Assembly: GCA_047495785.1 (NCBI GenBank)
Contig: JBLDXI010000004.1
Span: 2,852,001-2,916,000, forward strand
Source: Lepidodermella squamata
Lineage: Eukaryota; Animalia; Gastrotricha
DNA: 64,000 nt
Direction of reading: 5' to 3'
The notes under the pieces were generated by a model. That model did not search any database. It was not told where the DNA came from and saw only the letters and a program-made list of their open reading frames with translations. A program made the position numbers and the translations under genes. Shown here one piece after another: positions 62,643 to 64,000 of this stretch (position 1 is its first letter; the number at the start of each line of letters is the position of its first letter).

Positions 62643-63704
62643 TTAACCCATTATTGGTTCGCTCGCGATGCAGGCTGGTAGATAGTTTAGCACATGGCGA
62701 TCGCAATTAGCCACAAGTTCAGGTGTAATAACTGCACGAAGATGCCTTTCAATGATTTCACTCAAAAATTCACGACGGGTATTTTCTAGAACAGCGCCAA
62801 CAACACGCGCAGCCTCGATAAGCTGGTAGTATTCCAGCCTACGCATAGCTAGTTCGTTTTTTATCGCAGCTTTTACAGCTGAAAAAACGTTTTCGATAGG
62901 GTTCAAAAACGGCGAATATGGTGGGAGAAATTTGAACTGATGCAGCTCCCACAGCGGAAAATCGGCGTCAGGATAATGGCTTCTCAAATTGTCCAGAATA
63001 ATGACAGCTTCGTTTTGATGGCCAATTCGCTCGCTAGTTTGCGTGGTAAACGTTGCGAATCGTTCAGCAGTCATGCCCCTTTCAGAAATTTCGTAGTAGA
63101 CCAGCCCTCTAACAGGTGAAACTACCACCGCCACAGACATATTTTTGCCGGGAGAAGCTGTCGGCAGTAAAACATAGGCTCGCTGTCCTTTCGGCGCTCT
63201 GCCACGGCCGCGACGAGTCCAAAGCGAAACGCCAAATTCGTCTTGGTAGTAGTGAATTTGGCGATTCCGGATATCAGAGAACCAGAGCGCATATGCGGCT
63301 CGTTCCAAAATAACATCAGCCCGGTTGCGAGCAGCGGGATACGGGTGAAGACGTTTCATCGTAATTAGGGCGCCATCCAATTTTCTGTGGATCGTCGTGA
63401 TCGAAAATTCTGCATTAAAATTTTGCAGCAGTCTCATCCTGAGATCCTCCAACGTCAGCTGGGAGTTTTCTTCGATTACCCCAACTAAATGTTCAGTAAA
63501 CTGAGCTTCCCAACGGCGGGGAGCACCTCCTCGATGCTCAGCTTCAATGCGAGCATCGGTGCGATATGTGTTGATGATATTATACATGGTTCTGTTAGAA
63601 ATTCCGAGAACCTTTGCAGCCGCATGAAAATCTTCGCCATTTTCGAAGGCAGTTACCAACCTTTCCCTGTCAATATTTGATGTCCTTTTGTACGCTCGCG
63701 GCAT
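62643..63704 (-). CDS. IS630/Tc1-like DDE transposase (353 aa, DD32E)
   Basis: N-terminal HTH regions; YYQDE, IILDNLRSH and LPPYSPFLNPIE, with 32 residues between the second D and the E. Confidence 0.95.
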   Translation of the reverse strand: MPRAYKRTSNIDRERLVTAFENGEDFHAAAKVLGISNRTMYNIINTYRTDARIEAEHRGGAPRRWEAQFTEHLVGVIEENSQLTLEDLRMRLLQNFNAEFSITTIHRKLDGALITMKRLHPYPAARNRADVILERAAYALWFSDIRNRQIHYYQDEFGVSLWTRRGRGRAPKGQRAYVLLPTASPGKNMSVAVVVSPVRGLVYYEISERGMTAERFATFTTQTSERIGHQNEAVIILDNLRSHYPDADFPLWELHQFKFLPPYSPFLNPIENVFSAVKAAIKNELAMRRLEYYQLIEAARVVGAVLENTRREFLSEIIERHLRAVITPELVANCDRHVLNYLPACIASEPIMG

Positions 63705-64000
63705 TTAAACGGATATCGAATGAATATTTTTTCAATGGAAAAAAATTTACTGATGTTATTTACAACTCCAAGTGAAACGCTGATTTTATCGCTTTTACGG
63801 TCAATTTCCGGCAAATTCTCAATGAAAGATAGGAAAAATAGTGAAAAAATGAAAAAAATGAATACGCAGAAAGAAATTGGCTCGTGCTAAGAAACCATTG
63901 TGAAATTTGTTTTGCACATTATGAAAATGCAAATGAAAAAAGGTGTATATGCAAAAATCACTGAAATGTATTATTTGACATAGCCAAAGCTTGCTAGCAT

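Larger units (their letters stand above)
61636..63945. mobile_element. Complete IS630/Tc1/mariner-superfamily transposon with two convergent ORFs
   Basis: ~49-bp TIRs (cacctttttt..catttgcattttcataatgtgcaaaac.aatttcacaa) with TA at 61634-35 and 63946-47. Confidence 0.95.

Overview
AT-rich eukaryotic DNA with many short (about 50-65 nt) GT-AG introns, most consistent with an invertebrate; the species cannot be determined from the sequence. The host-gene backbone is a cluster of four paralogous multi-exon genes, hand-spliced here: A 19480-15753 (-), B 34334-25805 (-), C 38762-47883 (+), and E >61225-59704 (-). They encode probably secreted proteins built from a tandem ~45-aa four-cysteine module followed by one or two non-canonical C-type lectin-like domains. 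The window also holds a two-exon peptide-precursor gene (22023-22356) and a small C2H2 zinc-finger gene. Almost everything else is nested transposon material: a CACTA/EnSpm-type transposase exon and a BEN-like gene, a MULE transposase interrupted by a hAT MITE, RTE- and CR1-like LINE fragments, a Helitron-like STPR fragment, a decayed tyrosine-recombinase-like gene, a tRNA-SINE and many MITEs with definable TIRs/TSDs. Four candidates for novelty stand out. (1) An apparently intact 2.3-kb IS630/Tc1-like transposon (61636-63945) carries a second, convergent intact gene with an AT-hook and a Myb/SANT-like C-terminus. (2) Several unrelated non-autonomous DNA transposons each carry an internal tRNA-like Pol III cassette with a terminator. 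(3) The exon-modular four-Cys repeat/lectin family. (4) The His-rich/four-Cys peptide precursor. All family assignments come from motif recognition by eye; no database search was run.
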